64,000 nucleotides of DNA from Mobula hypostoma (taxonomy: Eukaryota). The stretch spans positions 11,348,001-11,412,000 of the forward strand of contig NC_086109.1 of NCBI RefSeq assembly GCF_963921235.1. Direction: 5' to 3'. Made by a program: the position numbers and the translations under genes. Within the stretch, counting starts at the first letter, position 1. Each line of letters begins with the position of its first letter. Positions 60,083 to 64,000 of the stretch are shown one piece after another. The notes under the pieces were generated by a model, which saw only the letters and a list, made by a program, of their open reading frames with translations, was not told where the DNA came from and did not search any database.

Positions 60083-60780
60083 TGCAGCACAAAAACAGAA
60101 TAAGATGTAGAACATAATAATGCTGAAATGATATATATACATTGATTATATGTGCAAACAACGTGATGCTAGGCATAGTAGGGTCTGTACATAAGGTGAC
60201 TCTGACAGGGAATGATAAAGTAATGATGATTGGGGGTGTGGAGGGTTGGGTTAGTGGGCGGAGGTGTTGATCATCCTTACTGCTTGGAAAAAGTAACTGT
60301 TTTTGAGTCTGTGGTGCGAGTGTCTTTCAAGAGCATAACCAACTTGCACAAGATATGAGTGCTTTAGTAAACAGCTTTAGCATGGAGGAGACTAGAATGA
60401 GACTTTTGCAATTAGAACATCCTTGAAAGTAGATGCAGTCAACACATAAATCAAGTCTATGTCCTTCGCACTATCAGAGTCTAAGGAATGGATTTCCCCA
60501 TCTCCAGTTTGCTATTGTTCATTTACATGGTTCACGATATACTTGTACCTCAATTTTGTACCTGAATGTAGGTACTTAGCTGCCTGAAGGGGGCGCTGCA
60601 TGTCAACAGTTTGGTGAAAAATGCATTTGGCACGATTGTCTACATCAGTCAGAACATTGAATGCAGAGTTGGCACATCACGTTACAATGTCAGTAGTGAG
60701 ACAATACTTGGGGTTTTGCAAATGGTTCCGGTTGCCTAGACAGAAGGAGGATGTCATTAAGTAGAAAAAAAAGATGATAT

Positions 60781-60975
60781 TGTAGCGATGTGCTACACAC
60801 AGCGCTAGAGTAACCACACGGAGTCGGTGAGTTGGAGTTGCGATGAAAGAGGTTTATTCAAACTTCGCGGCCCGCTTTAAAGCCTTCCCGTTCCCGCCCT
60901 TTTTGCTGCCGGCCCTCTGCCTGCGGGCGCTGTTTCGTGAGCCGGTTCGTGGGTGTCAGAAAGTGGGTCGCCACA
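60781..60975 (-). repeat. 3' LTR of the Gypsy element (195 bp)
   Basis: TGT...ACA termini; polypurine tract (G-run plus TTA) at 60976-60988; AATAAA on the minus strand at 60853-60858. Confidence 0.88.
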
Positions 60976-63900
60976 TAACCCCCCCCCCGCCCCCAGAACC
61001 GGCGATACCTCCCCCAATGTCCACAGTCTGGATCGGCCTCTGTTTGGGAGGTCTGCCCCTGCGCCGCGGTGCCTGAGCCTGGACCGGTTGCGCCAAGTCC
61101 ACATGGGCCGGTTTGAGTCGGTCCACCGGGAAAACCTCCTCTCTCCCCCCAATGTCCAGCACGAACGTGGACCCGTTGTTGCTGATCACCTTAAACGGCC
61201 CCTCATAGGACCGCTGTAGCGGTGCCCGGTGTCCGCCCCGTCGTACAAAAAGAAACTTACAGTTCTGCAGGTCTTTGGGTACGCAGGTCGGGCTCTGTCC
61301 GTGCTGTGAAGTGGGTATGGGGGCCAGGTTACCGAGCCTCTCCCGTAGTCTGTCCAGGACTGCTGTGGGTTCTTCCTCTTGCCCCCTTGGGGCTGGTATG
61401 AACTCTCCTGGGACGACCAGGGGCGCGCCGTACACCAACTCGGCCGACGAGGTGTGTAGATCCTCCTTGGGCGCCGTGCGGATTCCGAGCAGGACCCAGG
61501 GAAACTCGTCTACCCAGTTAGGCCCCTCCAGGCGGGCCATGAGAGCCGATTTCAGGTGACGGTGGAAGCGCTCCACTAGTCCGTTCGACTGTGGGTGGTA
61601 GGCAGTTGTGTGGTGTAGCTGTGTTCCTAAAAGTCTGGCCATAGCCGACCACAGGCTGGAGGTGAACCGGGCGCCCCTGTCGGAGGTAATGTGGGCCGGT
61701 ACCCCAAAGCGTGCTACCCAGGTTGCGATCAGTGCTCGGGCGCAGGATTCGGAGGTGGTGTCGCTGAGCGGGACTGCCTCTGGCCATCTGGTGAACCGGT
61801 CTATCATAGTTGGGAGGTACCGCGCTCCTCGTGACACTGGCAGGGGCCCCACGATATCCACATGGATGTGGGCGAACCTCCGGCGGGTGGGTTCGAACCG
61901 CTGCAGTGGAGCCTTGGTGACCTTCTAAGAGGTACCTGAAATGCCGGATTGCCAGGTATAGTGCCAATAGCTCCCGGTCGAAAGCACTGTATTTGAGTTC
62001 GGGTGGTCGTAGGTGTTTGCTGAAGAACGCCAGGGGTTGCCAGCGACCCTCGATGAGTTGTTCCAGCACTCCACCGACTGCTGTGTTGGATGCGTCCACC
62101 GTGAGGGCAGTAGGAACGTCCGTTCTGGGGTGCACTAGCATCGCGGCGTTTGCCAAGGCTTCTTTGGTTTTAACGAAAGCGGTTGCGGCCTCTTCGTTCC
62201 AGGTAATGTCCTTCCCCTTACCCGACATTAGAGTGAACAAGGGGCGCATGGTTCGGGCTGCTGAGGGGAGGAAACGGTGGTAGAAATTCACCATACCCAC
62301 GAATTCCTGCAAGCCTTTGATTGTGTTGGGTCGGGGGAAGTGGCGGACTGCGTCTACCTTGGCGGGCAGCGGGGTTGCTCCGTCTTTAGTAATCCTGTGG
62401 CCCAGGAAGTCGATGGTGTCGAGTCCGAACTGGCATTTGGCTGGATTGATTGTAAGGCCGAATTCACTCAGGCGGGAGTAGAGCTGGCGGAGGTGGGACA
62501 GATGCTCCTGCCGACTACTGCTGGCTATGAGGATGTCGTCCAAATAGATGAATGCAAAGTCCAGGTCGCGTCCCACCGCGTCCATTAGCCGCTGGAAAGT
62601 CTGTGCGGCGTTCTTTAGACCAAACGGCGTTCGGAGGAATTCGAAAAGTCCGAACGGGGTGATAAGTGCTGTTTTGGGGATGTTGTCCGGATGTACAGGG
62701 ATTTGATGGTATCCCCGGACGAGGTCTACCTTGGAAAAGATCCTTGCTGGTTTGCTAGGTTTGCTGCGAAGTCTTGAATGTGCGGCACAGGGTAGCGGTC
62801 TGGCGTTGTAGCCTCGTTCAGTCTGCGGTAGTCACCGCATGGTCTCCAGCCCCCCCGTTGCCTTGGGCACCATGTGAAGGGGGGAGGCCCATGGGCTGTC
62901 GGACCGTCGTATGATACCTAATTCCTCCATCTTCTTGAACTCCTCCTTCGCCAGTCGGAGCTTGTCCGGGGGAAGCCTTCGAGCACGGGCGTGGAGGGGT
63001 GGTCCCTGGGTCGGGATGTGGTGCTGTACTCCGTGTCTGGGCATGGCTGCCGTGAACTGCGGTGTCAGTACTGATGGGAAATCCGCCAGGACCCTGGTGA
63101 ATTCGTCGTCGGACAGAGTGATGGAGTCCAGGTGTGGGGCTGGCAACTTGGCTTCACCCAGGGAGAACGTTTGAAAAGTCTTGGCGTGGACTAATCGCTT
63201 CCCTTGCAAGTCGACCAGCAGGCTGTGGGCTCGTAGAAAATCTGCCCCCGGCAGTGGTTGGGCCACGGCGGCCAGTGTGAAGTCCTACGTGAACCGGCTG
63301 GAGCTGAACTGTAGCCGCACTGTGCGGGTGCCGTAGGTTCGTATTGTGCTGCCATTAGCGGCCCTCAGGGTGGGTCCCGGTTCTCTGTTGCGGGTGTCGT
63401 AACTCGTTGGAGGTAAGACGCTGATCTCCGCTCCGGTGTCGACCAAAAAGCGGCGTCCCGACTGCTTGTCCCAGACGTACAGGAGGCTGTCCTGATGGCC
63501 AGCCGCCGTAGTCATCAGCGGCGGCTGGGCCCTGGCGTTTCCCGGGAATTTGCAGGGCGGTCTGCAGCGGCGGGCCTCCGTGCCCCACCGCTGATGGTAG
63601 AAACACCATTGTTCGTTGGGCTCCTCACTCCCGTCGCCAGGTTTTGTAGGCTCTGCTGCCGGGCCCGGTCTGGTCTGTCGTTGGGCACGCGGCTTGGTGA
63701 TCTGTGTGACAGGCGCCCCTCTCTCTTTCCTGGCATTCCACAGCACATCTGCTCGGGCCGCCACCTCCCGGGAGTCGCTGAAATCTGCGTCGGACAGCAG
63801 CAGGCATATGTCCTCGGGCAGTTGCTCTAGGAACGCCTGCTCAAACATGAGGCAGGGTTTGTGTCCTTCAGCCAGGGCCAGCATCTCGTTCATTAATGTT

Positions 63901-64000
63901 GACGGCGGCCTGTTTCCCAAACCTTCCAGGTGCATTAAGTGGCGTGCTCATTCGCGCCGTGAGAGTCCGAAAGTCCTTATGAGCAGGATTTTGAATGCTG
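60781..64000 (-). mobile_element. Gypsy LTR retrotransposon, CsRn1-type clade; defective and cut by the window end
   Basis: gag CX2HX9CX3C (CFYHQRWGTEARRCRPPC), protease FLVDTGAEIS, RT SPWASPLH/YLDD, RNase H DAS...[10 protein letters not shown], integrase HMDIVGP...SDRG...NGLVERFH and a C-terminal GPF motif; frameshifts and a deletion near 61920. Confidence 0.95.

Overview
Eukaryotic genomic DNA, very probably from a cartilaginous fish (shark or ray), judged from the repeat content (V-SINE/HE1-type SINEs, CR1 and Rex1/Babar LINEs, Neptune-type Penelope elements). The + strand carries 16 coding exons (exon 2 to the last) of an AHCY-like gene, best called AHCYL1/IRBIT. All introns are GT-AG and phase-compatible. 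The exons total 1473 nt (490 aa plus stop) between 3639 and 50002, followed by a 3'UTR of about 1.1 kb. The first exon lies outside the window. Introns and the downstream region are dense with nested mobile elements: two inverted Passport-like Tc1 copies, a Buster-type hAT, a complete non-autonomous Helitron, CR1, Rex1 and RTE LINEs, and a CpG-rich CsRn1-clade Gypsy element cut by the window end. The most notable non-coding signals are self-cleaving ribozyme motifs. Twister motifs sit at the 5' ends of two short RTE-tailed elements (38.3 and 40.3 kb, minus strand). Minimal type-I hammerhead motifs recur in many Penelope terminal-repeat copies. Also notable are an intron-containing tRNA-Arg(TCG)-derived pseudogene and an RTE copy with a twin-priming-type 5' inversion. 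Family assignments rest on motif recognition by eye; no database searches were run. Repeat boundaries without a target-site duplication (TSD) are approximate.
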